From an uncultured delta proteobacterium (GTDB lineage Bacteria > Desulfobacterota > RBG-13-43-22): DNA of 64,000 bases. Where the stretch lies: assembly GCA_963711835.1 (NCBI GenBank), contig CAVQFQ010000016.1:32001-96000 (forward strand), in the 5' to 3' direction. Positions 20,515 to 31,600 of this stretch are shown here, in pieces (the first letter of the stretch is position 1; each line of letters starts with the position of its first letter). The notes under the pieces were generated by a model. That model made no database searches, was not told the origin of the DNA, and saw nothing but the letters and a program-made list of their open reading frames with translations. The position numbers were made by a program, and so were the translations under genes.

Positions 20515-21274
20515 ATGAAAAAATTTATAACCCTATTATTTTTCTTCCTTCTTTTGACCCATGGGCTGGCTTTAGCCGGCACGGAGATCCCGGCCCCTAA
20601 AAGCCAACCCTTTGTCGGGGACCCGAACTACATACTTTATCTTCCGTTAGTCATCCGCGACTGCCCGGATCCCGTTATCCTGGCCGTGGGGGACAGCATC
20701 ACCCAGGGCGTCGGGACCAGCTCCGGTGGTCCGGAGACCGCCTTTCCCCGCTTATTGGAGTTAGAACTGGAGGCAACCTATCATCGCAATTTCACCTCCA
20801 TCAATGCCGGAATGGGAGGTGCCAGAACCTTCAATATCCCCCCGGTCATGGGCACCCTGATCGATACCTATCATCCGGATCTGGTGCTGCTCATGATCGG
20901 CACCAATGATTTTGGCGACGATGCCCCAGATTGGTGGATCGACCTCAACATCCGGGACGCCATCACCATCGCCCTGAACAAAGGGGTGCGGGTCATTGTA
21001 GCCAGCAATCCGCCGGTGGACCCTATCATCCGGCAACTCCAATTCAACAACATTTATGATTTCGTCGTTAACCTTCAGCAATATTACCTCATCGCCACCT
21101 ATTTTCCCATTCCGCTGGCCGAAGTATTTTCCGCTTTTTATTATAATACCCCGGGGTGGGCAATATCTTTTTCCCGACCAACTTCATCCCAACGATGCCG
21201 GCCATGCCATAATCCGGGATACCTTTTACAATCAAATCACCCCTCTTCTGGATCAACGGGGCTGTTTTCGTTAA
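20515..21274 (+). CDS. Exported SGNH/GDSL hydrolase, copy 2, with a +1 indel near 21160
   Basis: GDSIT, NAGMGG and IGTND; DQLHPNDAGH and the C-terminal LLDQRGCFR* lie in the shifted frame. Confidence 0.8.
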
Positions 21275-21280
21275 GGGAGA

Positions 21281-22105
21281 TTACGATCTGGGACTCAGGC
21301 TTCCGGACAGGACCCTGAAAAGGCAGGCCATCAAGTGCAGGTTACCGCAAAGGGAACCTATCTTGGTGGGAATTTTCCCCTGGGCAGGGTAGCGCCGAAT
21401 CACCGGGATTTCCTTGACCCGATAGCCGGTCCGGGGCGCTCGAACGGAGAGATAGACCAGCAGTTCATACCCCACAAAGATATCCCGGAAAGGTCGGACT
21501 TTAGAGCTAAGCAAAAGACGCCGGCTGTAACCCCGGAAGCCGTTGGTGGTGTCGGTGTAGCGAAAACCGGCCGCCAGGGTAACCAGGGGCACGTGGATCA
21601 ACTTGACCGCCCAATGACGAAGCCAAGGCGTATTAACGGCCTGCCCGCCCGGTAGATAGCGTGATCCCTGAACCAAGTCAACCCCGGCCGCCAGTTCGCC
21701 AATGAAGCGAGGAATGGCCTCCACCCCGTCTTTATTGTTGCCGTCCATGGTCACCAGCCCTTCATAACCCTGGGCCAGGGCGTAGGCATAGCCCATGCGC
21801 AGTTGGGCGCTCAGCCGGCCCGGCCCGGTCTTGATCAACAGGGCTCGCACACCCTGGGCTTTGAGAAAGCCGGGCTCCAGAGAACCGTCGCTGCTTCCCC
21901 CGTCCAGGACCAGGATGTCGGCCGTCTCTTGAATGGCAAGGGCCTTCATTTCCTGAAGCTGCCGTTTTATCCGGTCCCCTTCGTTGATTACCGGTATGCA
22001 GACCGCCCAGAGGGTTTTACGGGGAAAAAATTCCTGCAAATCAAAGGAAGGGACTTCCCAGGAGGGATCAAAATCTTCCCGGGCTGGCCGGGAATCAACG
22101 GCCAT
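21281..22105 (-). CDS. GT2 Dpm1-like polyprenyl-phosphate glycosyltransferase
   Basis: CIPVINEG, DGGSSDG, MDGNNKD, QGSRY, TDTTNGFRGY; start moved to ATG 22105. Confidence 0.85.
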   Translation of the reverse strand: MAVDSRPAREDFDPSWEVPSFDLQEFFPRKTLWAVCIPVINEGDRIKRQLQEMKALAIQETADILVLDGGSSDGSLEPGFLKAQGVRALLIKTGPGRLSAQLRMGYAYALAQGYEGLVTMDGNNKDGVEAIPRFIGELAAGVDLVQGSRYLPGGQAVNTPWLRHWAVKLIHVPLVTLAAGFRYTDTTNGFRGYSRRLLLSSKVRPFRDIFVGYELLVYLSVRAPRTGYRVKEIPVIRRYPAQGKIPTKIGSLCGNLHLMACLFRVLSGSLSPRS

Positions 22106-22910
22106 AAATTCCCTGAACAAAATCGAGGACCCTTCCCACAGTTTTGGTATTAGGGTCTTCCCAGCCGTTTCGCATTTCAATGGAAACCCAGCCCTGATAG
22201 CCGATCTTGCCCAGTTGGACGGCCAGCCGCGCATGATCAACGCCGCCGCCGCCGATGACCCCCAGATAGGGTTCGCTGACATGAAAATGAGTCAAGCGCC
22301 CCCGGCAATCTTCCAGGACCTGTTCCACCTCCTCTTCGTTGAGGTGCATAATCCCGGAATCCAAATGGAGGCCGAAGCCGGGGTGATTGACCGCCTCCAC
22401 CAGGGCCAGCCCCTCCCGGGAGGTCTGGATAAAATCACAATCATAGACTTGGGCGTTAGGTTCGATGCAAAAGACGGTCCCGTATTCCAGGGCCGTTTTT
22501 CCCAGCCGGCCGAAGAAATCAAGGGCCAGATCCCAGGCCTGTCCCGGCTCCAGATGGCCGGCCTTCCTGTTCTTGGGGGATCCGAAGACCAGGGCCTTGG
22601 CCCCCAGCCAGGAAGCCAACCGGATGATCCGCTCCAGATACCTTAAGGTCTCCTCACGGACCTGAGGGTCTTCAAAGATGGTCAGTTCCGGGCGGCCGAA
22701 AAGAAGGGCCTGGAGGGCAACGATCCGAATGCCCTGGTCTTCCCAGAAACGGCGGTAGTCCAGGGCCTGATCCTCCTGGCTTTCACTGGGGGAGGCCCAG
22801 ATCTTGGTGGGCGCGATCTCCACTCCCCGGATGTGCCGGTCTTTCATGATCTCCTGGACGGCCTTTTCCTCGGAAGGCTCCCAGGCGATATTGGAAATGG
22901 AGATTTTCAT
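22095..22910 (-). CDS. Sugar phosphate isomerase/epimerase (xylose-isomerase-like TIM barrel)
   Basis: ISNIAW, VFGSPKNR, CIEPN, HFHVSEP, SIEM. Confidence 0.85.
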   Translation of the reverse strand: MKISISNIAWEPSEEKAVQEIMKDRHIRGVEIAPTKIWASPSESQEDQALDYRRFWEDQGIRIVALQALLFGRPELTIFEDPQVREETLRYLERIIRLASWLGAKALVFGSPKNRKAGHLEPGQAWDLALDFFGRLGKTALEYGTVFCIEPNAQVYDCDFIQTSREGLALVEAVNHPGFGLHLDSGIMHLNEEEVEQVLEDCRGRLTHFHVSEPYLGVIGGGGVDHARLAVQLGKIGYQGWVSIEMRNGWEDPNTKTVGRVLDFVQGIYGR

Positions 22911-23704
22911 GAGGTCACACCGGTCTTTTCCTGTTCTCTATATCGGCGAATGCGGTCGAAGGTCTCTTCGGCGGAATAAAGATAATCTCCCGAGGAGCCG
23001 AAATGGCCTGCAAAACGGGTCCTCATATCGTAAAAGGCCGGGGGCTTGTCGGGGAGGTTGTCAAAAGTCATATCAAAACTGATGCGGGCCACATCAGCCG
23101 CCCGCACCGGTTCTGTGGCAAAATTTACCAGGGGCAGGCTGCCGTCCAAAACTTTTTTCAAATCCTGCCAAAGCCTTTCCAGATCATAAAACTGGAAGAC
23201 GCTGTCCCGATGGGTCCAATCCAGGGCATTGCTGTGGAGCAGGTCATAAATAAAATTCTTTTTCAACCCCTTTCCGAACAATCCGGGCAGGCGCACAATA
23301 AAGGCCCTTTCAAACTGCCGGCGGACAAAGGCCTCCAGAAAGAAACGGTGCCGACCGTAGGCATCCAGGAGTCCGGGATCGATGGGAGAATCTTCATAGA
23401 CCGGGGGGGGCATCTTATAAACATCCACGGTTGAAATGAGCAGAAAGCGGTCGGCCGTGACTTCCCTTAAATTTTCCATCAGCCCTTCCAGATTGGAACG
23501 GTCTTTTTCCGGTTCCCGATTGGCGATCCACTTGGCTGCCGGGGCCCCGGCACAGATGACCAGGTCATAGGCCCGGCCTCGCATCGCTTGGCTGTTGACG
23601 GAATGGTACAGGTCGTCAAAATGGGTCTGTCGTAGCAGACTGCCGCCCACAAAACCGGTCTGGCCGATCAGGGCCTTGACCAGTGTGTCTTCTCTCATCC
23701 GCAT
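22907..23704 (-). CDS. NAD(P)-dependent epimerase/oxidoreductase
   Basis: LIGQTGFVG, AKWIAN, ISTVDVY, RLPGLFG. Confidence 0.8.
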   Translation of the reverse strand: MRMREDTLVKALIGQTGFVGGSLLRQTHFDDLYHSVNSQAMRGRAYDLVICAGAPAAKWIANREPEKDRSNLEGLMENLREVTADRFLLISTVDVYKMPPPVYEDSPIDPGLLDAYGRHRFFLEAFVRRQFERAFIVRLPGLFGKGLKKNFIYDLLHSNALDWTHRDSVFQFYDLERLWQDLKKVLDGSLPLVNFATEPVRAADVARISFDMTFDNLPDKPPAFYDMRTRFAGHFGSSGDYLYSAEETFDRIRRYREQEKTGVTS

Positions 23705-24699
23705 CAGACCACGTTCAGCCGCTCGCCGGGATCCAACTCTTGTTTATAGGCCATGACCGGACTGTCCACCTCAAAATCGATGAAATACAAGGGCCGGTCT
23801 TTGGTCTCTTCCAGGATGCGGGCGATGTACTCGGTCAGGATAGTCAGGATCAGAAAGAGGATAAAAAACATGATCGTACTCATGACATTCGTGGTCAGCC
23901 AACCTTCGGCGATTTCTTTTTTTACCAGGGTGACGACAAAGATAAATCCGAAATAGGCCAGATTGATGGTGCTGGCCAGCAACCCCAGCCAGGAGGCCCA
24001 GCGCAGGGGGCGGGCTGAATTAGAGAAAATGATATCCAGGGCGCTTCCAACGGATCGAAACAGCCTCGGCCGGGCGACCCGCTCCCGGCGGCAAACCGGC
24101 TGACAGGGCATAAGGATCTGGCGAAAGCCCACCAGGGCATTGAAGTACTTCAGGTAACGGCTCTTATTTTTAATCTGGGTCAGGGAATTGACCACCCGTC
24201 TGCTGAAAACGCGGAAATAGGAGGCCTGGGGCTGCAGAGGAAAGCCCAGGGTTCTGCTGGCAAATTTATAGAAGACCTTCCGCAGGGAATTTTGGAGCCA
24301 GGAGCCGGTGCTCCGGCCGGCCTGTTCCGCAATCACGACATCATAACCGGCCATGGCCTGCTCCACCATTTTGGGAATTAAGAGCGGGGGATCGCGATTA
24401 ATGTCGATGATGACCACATAATCTCCGATGCTGTTGTCCAGGGAAGCGGCCAGGGCGATTTCTTTTTCATAGGTACGGGAGAGACGCAGAAGACGCAGGT
24501 TGGGAACCTGTTTTTGTATTTCCTGGATCCGCTGGGAACTCCCATCCTGAGACCCGTTATCCACGATCAACAGCTCATAGTAGGTGTAAGATCCGGCGAG
24601 GATCCGGGTCGTTTCAAAAATGAAATCGGCGACGATATCGCTATCGTTTTCGACAACCGCCAAGACCGAAACAAATACCTCCGAATTGGGGGTGATCAA
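23704..24699 (-). CDS. GtrB-like GT2 membrane protein with a degenerate DxD motif
   Basis: VDNGSQD, LSR..., IDINRDPP in place of DADLQDPP, two TMs, EYIARI...RPLY. Confidence 0.8.
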   Translation of the reverse strand: MITPNSEVFVSVLAVVENDSDIVADFIFETTRILAGSYTYYELLIVDNGSQDGSSQRIQEIQKQVPNLRLLRLSRTYEKEIALAASLDNSIGDYVVIIDINRDPPLLIPKMVEQAMAGYDVVIAEQAGRSTGSWLQNSLRKVFYKFASRTLGFPLQPQASYFRVFSRRVVNSLTQIKNKSRYLKYFNALVGFRQILMPCQPVCRRERVARPRLFRSVGSALDIIFSNSARPLRWASWLGLLASTINLAYFGFIFVVTLVKKEIAEGWLTTNVMSTIMFFILFLILTILTEYIARILEETKDRPLYFIDFEVDSPVMAYKQELDPGERLNVV

Positions 24700-24704
24700 G
24701 GGAC

Positions 24705-25880
24705 CTAATGCCTTTCCCGGGAAGATGCCGTCCGCAGCGGGTCAACCCGACCCAGTTCCCGACTGTATTCGTTTAAGTTTCTTAAGGCCTGCAAGACGTC
24801 ATAAATATTATCGATCTTTCCGCCCATAATAGTAGTCATATTCTTCAGGTGGGGATCTTTCCGCATTAAAATAGGCCGTCCGTCGTCGATTTCATTTTCA
24901 ACTAAAACGGTCTTGATCTCATACAAGGACTCCAGATAGCGGGCCTTGGCCAGCACCGGGAGATAGCGCTGGGCATCCTTTAACATCAGGACCTGGTTGG
25001 ACCGGATCTGGAGCCCCTCCAGATAGCGGTCCGCCTCCTTGAAACCTTCTTTATCAGACCAGGCTTCATGGGGGGTATAGCGGACATGGCTCAAACTGTG
25101 CACTTTCAGGGGCGGAAATGGCATGGTGGAAAAGAAGGGGCCGTCCATAACCGTGATGCCCAGGTTTTTGAGTTCCTCCGGCACTTCGATCAGGGCTATT
25201 TCGGTCACCTCGTGCTTCAGGGGTAAGACCGAAAGGCCGGATCGTTTTAAAAGGGTATTGATATTGGCATAGGTACAGTTCAAGACATGACGGCTCACCA
25301 GGGAAGACCCATCCCCCAAGGTCAACTCAATGAGATCATCCTCCAGGGGAGAAGCCTTTTCAACGGAGGTCCCCAATCGGATCCTGACCCGGTTTTGCTG
25401 CAATCGTTGTTTCAAAATCCGGCGCAGTTTCAGGGCATCAAAGGCATATTCCTTGACCGAGAAGACCTCCTCAATCAGCCCCTCCTGGAATAAACGGCGG
25501 ATCGATTTGGGCGCCGGTTTGACCGGGGCGCCGATCCGTTCACAGAATTTTCGAAATTGAAAGGCATTGACCTTGGAAAGGTTTCGGGCAATGGCATAGA
25601 CCTTTTCAAAACGGTCCTCGATGCAATCCCGGAAGTCCAGACAGAAGCGGGGCAGATTGATCAAGGAACGCAGGGCGGTCAGAAAACTTCGCGGATAGTG
25701 GTAGCCGCCGTGCACCCGGGCCTGGTTGACATAAGAGGCCCGAGTCAACAAATCGGCCTCCTTTTCGAGGATCATCACCTCCGGATAGTACGCACTCAGG
25801 AAGATGGCCAGACAGCAGCCGTAAAAACCCCCACCGATAACCACGACGTCATAGCCCTGGTCAGATACGGTTCTCTTCAT
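24705..25880 (-). CDS. FAD-dependent oxidoreductase
   Basis: VIGGGFYG, ASYVNQARVHGGYHYPRS, MDGPFFS, GGKID. Confidence 0.85.
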   Translation of the reverse strand: MKRTVSDQGYDVVVIGGGFYGCCLAIFLSAYYPEVMILEKEADLLTRASYVNQARVHGGYHYPRSFLTALRSLINLPRFCLDFRDCIEDRFEKVYAIARNLSKVNAFQFRKFCERIGAPVKPAPKSIRRLFQEGLIEEVFSVKEYAFDALKLRRILKQRLQQNRVRIRLGTSVEKASPLEDDLIELTLGDGSSLVSRHVLNCTYANINTLLKRSGLSVLPLKHEVTEIALIEVPEELKNLGITVMDGPFFSTMPFPPLKVHSLSHVRYTPHEAWSDKEGFKEADRYLEGLQIRSNQVLMLKDAQRYLPVLAKARYLESLYEIKTVLVENEIDDGRPILMRKDPHLKNMTTIMGGKIDNIYDVLQALRNLNEYSRELGRVDPLRTASSRERH

Positions 25881-25967
25881 CGGATCATCTTTAAGATAAG
25901 GTTCTGGTTGGAAAGGACGCTGCCTGCTTCTATCTTTTCAGGTGTTGTGGAAAGCTCTCGATTCCGG

Positions 25968-26717
25968 TTAAAAGAAATATTTTACTCCCAGCCCTATGAC
26001 CCAGGTATTCAAGTTAAAGGTCCCCTTTTCCATAGAGGCGACCTCTTCCCCTCCCGAGTATCCCAGGGTAAAGGTAAAATTCGATTGGACCCAATGATAC
26101 CGCCAATCCAAATTAAGGGCCCAGTTCTTGGACAAAAAGAAATCCATCCCCAGTCCTAAAAAGGTCCCCCAGACATTTTCAGGGGAAATCCGTCGCCGGT
26201 ATCCGTTATTGGGATAATCCTCGGGTTTGTTTCCCTGTCCAAGCCAGCTTTCATAAGCCTCCGGACTGGGGAACCCGTAATAATACCAGCCCGGTTCGCT
26301 GAAGGAGACTAAATTGTAGCTGACCCCTCCGAGAAGATAAGGCACAAAGGATTTATGGAAGTGGGGCCAGCGAAATTGCAGTCCCAGCATGATGGGGGAC
26401 CATTCCAGATCTCCGTCGCTATGGGCCCTAAGCAGACCTCTGTTCAGGGAGGTGGCCTTGAATTTCTCATAACCAAATTCCAGGGCTAAGTATTTTAAAA
26501 GATCTGCTTGCACCATGAATTTATAGGGAAGGTAGTTCTGATCTTCCTCAAAGGAGATCAAATTCCGCAAGATCTGACCCTTGGAATGTTCCATCCGAAA
26601 ATAGGTGGAACGAAGCCCTACGGCGACGGACAAGGGTTTCTCCTCACCCCGACACCAGGCCGGCATAACCAGGACCAAAACCCAAAAGATAAGGCCGAGA
26701 ATAATAGGCCTTTTCAT
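25968..26717 (-). CDS. Outer membrane beta-barrel protein (OmpW/OmpA-like)
   Basis: Signal peptide, VPYLLGG, amphipathic strands, C-terminal GVKYFF beta-signal. Confidence 0.8.
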   Translation of the reverse strand: MKRPIILGLIFWVLVLVMPAWCRGEEKPLSVAVGLRSTYFRMEHSKGQILRNLISFEEDQNYLPYKFMVQADLLKYLALEFGYEKFKATSLNRGLLRAHSDGDLEWSPIMLGLQFRWPHFHKSFVPYLLGGVSYNLVSFSEPGWYYYGFPSPEAYESWLGQGNKPEDYPNNGYRRRISPENVWGTFLGLGMDFFLSKNWALNLDWRYHWVQSNFTFTLGYSGGEEVASMEKGTFNLNTWVIGLGVKYFF

Positions 26718-26824
26718 GACATTCTCCCTTTTAACGGCGGTTATTGGGTGTACTATAGGGTTTCCCCCTATCCTATTTCAATAAAAAAACGCCCTCCCGG
26801 TTCAACGCCTTGAAGGCCTGCCCT

Positions 26825-28624
26825 TTAAGATCCGTACAAGGTCATTCCGGCTACGGCCAGACCGAGTTCCCGCCTGTCCTGTGAATCCGGGACGATTAGA
26901 GCAGGCACCCGGGCTGGATCCACCCGCAGGACCGCCCGCAGGACCCCCCCGGAGGAGAAGAGAGGCGGCGGCAAATCGGCTTGCAGGTCGGTCCAGACAG
27001 CGGCCGGCAGGTTAAAGGCTGTCCGGGTAGAAGGCCCTTCCAAAAGCCGGTCCGAAACCCAACCCAGTTCCAGGTCTCCGGTTACTTCCTCGCCCAAGGC
27101 CCGTTCTCCGGTAAAAAGACGTATGGACAACCTGCCCGCACCGGGTCCGGCCGAAAGATAGGCTTCCGCCAAACCGCTGCTCCAGCGAATCAAACCATTT
27201 TCCCAGGACTCGATTTGGTGCCATCCCCAGCCCAGATGACGCCAGTCTTCAGATCCCATGCGCAAAAAGGTCTTTTTTTTATCCCGGAGGAGATAAATGG
27301 GATGAGGAGGAATCCAGCAGGGCGCAACCCCTTGGGGCCGTCCGGGATGGAGAAGGTCCCCTTCAATCAGTTTTAACAAGGCCTGGAGGTCCCGGCAATC
27401 TTCTCTTAGGAAACCATCCCAGCCCATTACCAGACCTAAGTCCCGGCTGTCGTTAAGGGAAAATTCATAGTCATCCTTCCCGGGGTGATCCGCCGGCCGC
27501 CAGGTCGGACAATGGAAACGGAGGGTAAAGCGTCCTTCGCAGGCCAAGCCGACAGGCAGGATGATCCTGATGGGCGTAAATTCCCGGTCCGGAGAAAGAC
27601 TTACTCGACCTATTATCTTTTCTCCCACCCCGACGGTCAGAATGACCGGATGAAGACTGATCGGGGCCAGGTAAACCAGATGCAGGAAAAAAACCTGATA
27701 CAGGGCCTGACCGGCAGGCAGGCTTAATTCAGCCGATCCCCGGGTCCAACGAAAAGGAGTGGTAAACATCCGGGCAATGCCGTCCATATCCGCACTATGC
27801 TCTTCAACCGGATAAAAGCCAGGAGCGGGTTCCGCCTCTTCGGGATGAATCAATGTGACTCTTTTGGGACGTACTGCCTCGACCAGCAGGGTCGAACGGA
27901 ATCGGGGCCAGAAACGGCCGATCAGGCCGGCCAGGACAGGCCAGCGAAAGGGCGGGTCCAAACAAGCCGAATAAAAAACCCGGGTCTTTTCAAAACGGTA
28001 GATCTCTTTATTTTGGCCCTCCAGCATATAGGTCAGTTCGGAAGCCGTATATTCCCGCAGGTGCCGGGCGGAAAGTATCGAGCTGAAGGCCTCATAAAAT
28101 CTACGGGTGATCTTTGAATGCACGGATCGCCCGGCCAGCAGATGGATCAGATTTTCCAGTCGGGCCAGGTTAGGCGTGGAGACGATGATCCGCCCTCCGG
28201 GCTTGAGGACCCGAAAGGCCTCCCGGAGCAGTCGAAAGGGATTAAAATGGAGATGTTCGATGATTTCCGAGGCCAGAACCACATCAAACGATTCATCGGG
28301 AAAGGGGAAAAATTCCGATTCGACATCGCCGACAGCCACCGGGATTTGGTGCCGTCCAAGACGCTCTATGATTTGATCGAGGCTGGGGGTGCTTTCTGCC
28401 CGGCCCGTCAGCCCTTTCACCTTAAAACCCAGATGCAGGGCCAGGAGGGTGATATGGCCGGGGAAGGCCCCCACATCCAGAAGGCTTTTCCCCTCTCCCG
28501 GACCCAGCACAGCCATGGTGTCCAGGTACCGAGCCCCATGAAAGTCCAGGTACAGTTCTTCCCAGGGGGGCATGGGCTCGGAGGCATACCGGTGTAATAG
28601 AACCTGCAGTTCCTTTTTATTCAA
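26825..28624 (-). CDS. Class I methyltransferase fused to two repeated C-terminal beta-domains
   Basis: LLDVGAFPG, EIIEHL, LKPGG, STPN; two repeats GFY/GWH...RW[TS]...DxRxLGL. Confidence 0.75.
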   Translation of the reverse strand: MNKKELQVLLHRYASEPMPPWEELYLDFHGARYLDTMAVLGPGEGKSLLDVGAFPGHITLLALHLGFKVKGLTGRAESTPSLDQIIERLGRHQIPVAVGDVESEFFPFPDESFDVVLASEIIEHLHFNPFRLLREAFRVLKPGGRIIVSTPNLARLENLIHLLAGRSVHSKITRRFYEAFSSILSARHLREYTASELTYMLEGQNKEIYRFEKTRVFYSACLDPPFRWPVLAGLIGRFWPRFRSTLLVEAVRPKRVTLIHPEEAEPAPGFYPVEEHSADMDGIARMFTTPFRWTRGSAELSLPAGQALYQVFFLHLVYLAPISLHPVILTVGVGEKIIGRVSLSPDREFTPIRIILPVGLACEGRFTLRFHCPTWRPADHPGKDDYEFSLNDSRDLGLVMGWDGFLREDCRDLQALLKLIEGDLLHPGRPQGVAPCWIPPHPIYLLRDKKKTFLRMGSEDWRHLGWGWHQIESWENGLIRWSSGLAEAYLSAGPGAGRLSIRLFTGERALGEEVTGDLELGWVSDRLLEGPSTRTAFNLPAAVWTDLQADLPPPLFSSGGVLRAVLRVDPARVPALIVPDSQDRRELGLAVAGMTLYGS

Positions 28625-28627
28625 AGA

Positions 28628-31600
28628 CTACTCCTGCCCTTTTTTATTATTGGTGACCGATACCCTATCCACCAATAGATCGGCCCGGCCTGAATATTTT
28701 ACCCTGAAGCCCAGTTCACACCGGAAGGGCACCTTAAAATCCAAATCAACGGCCCGGTATTCCCCGGAACCCAGATCCTGAACCCTGACCTTCCGGGTCT
28801 GGAAAAGACGCTTCCCCATATCGGCAGCCACTTCCAACAAGCCTACTTCGGCTTCCTTGGGAATGCGCGGGATGCTTTTAAGCCGCAGATAGAAGCGGGC
28901 CCGGTACCAACCCGCTTCAAAGGTCCGGTAAGGGCCATAGCACAGATAGATGGGCGGATGAAATCCGGCCTTTCCGAATACCGCCTCTTGGCCTGAAGCC
29001 AGGGGATCCGACACAACCATGCCGGTCTGACGAAGCAAGTCTTCGGCTTCCACCGAACCGGGTCCCCTGGTTTGATCGGCAAAACCGATCAGCGCCAGGT
29101 TGAAAGAAATGGGCGCCCGGCCGCTGAAATAAACCCGACAGCCGATCTCCCTGGCCTTGGTGATCTCAAATTTTAAAGACAGATCGGTCCATTGATCAGC
29201 CGCCGCAAAATCCTTTCCCAACAAAGCCCTTTGGGCCAGAATAGTTGCGCGGTCTTGCCATAGTTCAATGCGCCCCACCTCCTGAGAAGGGGCCGCCGGT
29301 CGGGCTTTTACCCGAAACCAGGCCTGATACCTTCCGGAGGGGAAGAACCGGATCGGTCCCTGGAACAAATATCCCGGCCGGTCCTGGCCGGGATCGGCTG
29401 AGACCACATTGCCCCGCAGCCCCGGTCGGAGGGCCGGCCTGCCTGCCGCTAAAGAGTCTTCATCCATAAGGAGGGTATACCCTGAAGCCTCGGGATCAAA
29501 CCGGTGTTGACCGGTGGCTGGAAGCTGATTGGGGACATACTGGACCGCCTGGACCGGGGAGGTGATCTCGGAGACAGCAGCCCCTTCAGAACCGGCCTCA
29601 CGAAATTTGAAAAGGGTGATATTCTTATCCTGGGCAAGCGGCTCCAGCCGGGCAGAAGCGGTCAGGCGTTTCAAGGTCAATCTGGGTGGAAAGGGGCTGA
29701 CTTTTTCGGTATAGAGCAGCGCATCGTCATGGAAGGTGATCAGATCCACCTTGAGCCTTTTCAACTCCCGGGATTCTGCCTCGGTCAGGTCTCCATGGTC
29801 CAGGGGATAGAGAGGCCAAAAAACCTCTTTAATATAATCCCGGAATACCACCGGAGCGTATCCGTTTACCATGGGTTTGCGGGTCCGGGTAACCGTGTAT
29901 TCATAAGCCGAAGACTGGTGGGAATCTCCCGGCCAAATCGGGAGTTCCAAGACCAGCCTTCCCTCGGGCAAGTGTTTTGGAATTTCACTATAGATGCGGT
30001 TATCGATTCGCATCAGGGAGAGCCCTAAGGGGCCGCAGGTATGGTATTCGGCCAAGACGAGAGGGATGACCAGAAGGGGCAGCCAGCGCCTCATCCGCAC
30101 CCAACCCCTTGAACCCAGCCATTCCCGCCAGCTGGCCAGGGCCATCCCGGCCAGTAAACCCAAGAAAATAAAACCCACCATGACGAACCGGCCCGGGACC
30201 CGGGGATAGTTAAAGAAGGGCAGATGATCGTAGAGGGTTTGATAAAGAGGGAAAAAAGTCAGGCTGGGGCCAGGGGTCAAAATAAGGGCCGGAAAAGCGA
30301 GACTCCCGGCCAGGACAAGCCGTTCCGGGTTTTGCGGGCGGCCCATAAAAAGACGCAGGAAGCTTAGGGCCGCCAGAATCAGCAGACCCCAGCCCAAGGT
30401 GACGAATCGTTCCTTGTTTATATCCAGCCAGAAGAAAAGGTTGCCGGCCAGGGGCGAAAAGAGCTTGACCTCGTTGAGAGACCGGCCTTTCCCGGCCAAG
30501 GAAGGCAGAAAAACCTGGGCCCGCAGATGCAGCAGATAGATGGAGGCGAAGGCCAGGCCGATCCCGACTCCAACAGCCGTTATAAAAATCGCGGATTTAT
30601 TAAAACCGGGGAATCGATCCCGGCGAAGCATCCAGGTACGCAGGAGGACGGTTAGAAATAGTCCCAGGCACAGGGCCAATAAGATCCCTCCCAGATGCGG
30701 GATGCTTTTATAGGTTTGAAAGGCATAAAACAACAAAGGGGTGAAGAGGAAAAAACCCTTTCCAACGGTCTGCCGGGCCGCCTGAAAAGAGAGGCTGGAA
30801 AACCGTGCCATCAAAGCAGCCAAATAAAACCAGATGACCACTGCGGCCGCCGTCCAAAGCAGCAAAGGCTGAATCAGGTCAGGAGGCCGGAAAGGGAGCC
30901 CGGCCTGCCGGCTTAAGGACATCCAGAAAAACAGGGCCAGAGAAATTCCTCCTGCCAGTACACCCAAAAGCCCGGTTCGGGAGCCCGGCCGTTCTTTCAG
31001 GTGGATGACCGGATAAGGCCGGAACAGGAGAACCCGGCCGGGCAGGTAGACCCCCAGGGTCAGGGCCGTCAGGAAGGTCGTATGCGGCTCCATCAGGGCC
31101 ATAAGGACCAGGCATAAGCCGGCCGCACCCCCATGAACCCAACGTCCGGATTCGAAGGTTTTCTCCACAAAATAGAGACAGAGTGGCAGCAGGAAAATTA
31201 CATAGCCGTAAAGCTGCCCGCCGGCAATGTGACTCACCCGGTAAGGAACCACGGCAAAGACCAGTCCGGCCAAAAGAGAGGCCCAGGAATCTTTGGTCCA
31301 GGTCCAGGCAAGCAAAAAAACCGCCAGCCCGCTCAAGACGAAGGAAAGAAGAATCAGACCGTTATAGGCACCGATAGGGCCCAGGGGTAAAAGAATCAGG
31401 TAGAGGATCGAAAAAGGGAAATTGGCATAGACGGCACTCATCGGGCCGGCCGGACCGTTGAACTCGTAAGGGTTGGTGAAGAGGGCCGATGAGCCCCAGA
31501 GATTATCGGACAACAACCAGAACCAGTAGTAGGTTTGGAGGTGGTCGCCCGGCATGACCGGGACTTTTTCAAACCCGGATAGGGGTCTGAGGGTATAGGG

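Noticed and set aside
19880-21010. SGNH duplicates as a DGR template/variable repeat pair
   Set aside because: Differences are not adenine-specific, many are synonymous, both copies are whole genes, and no reverse transcriptase is present.
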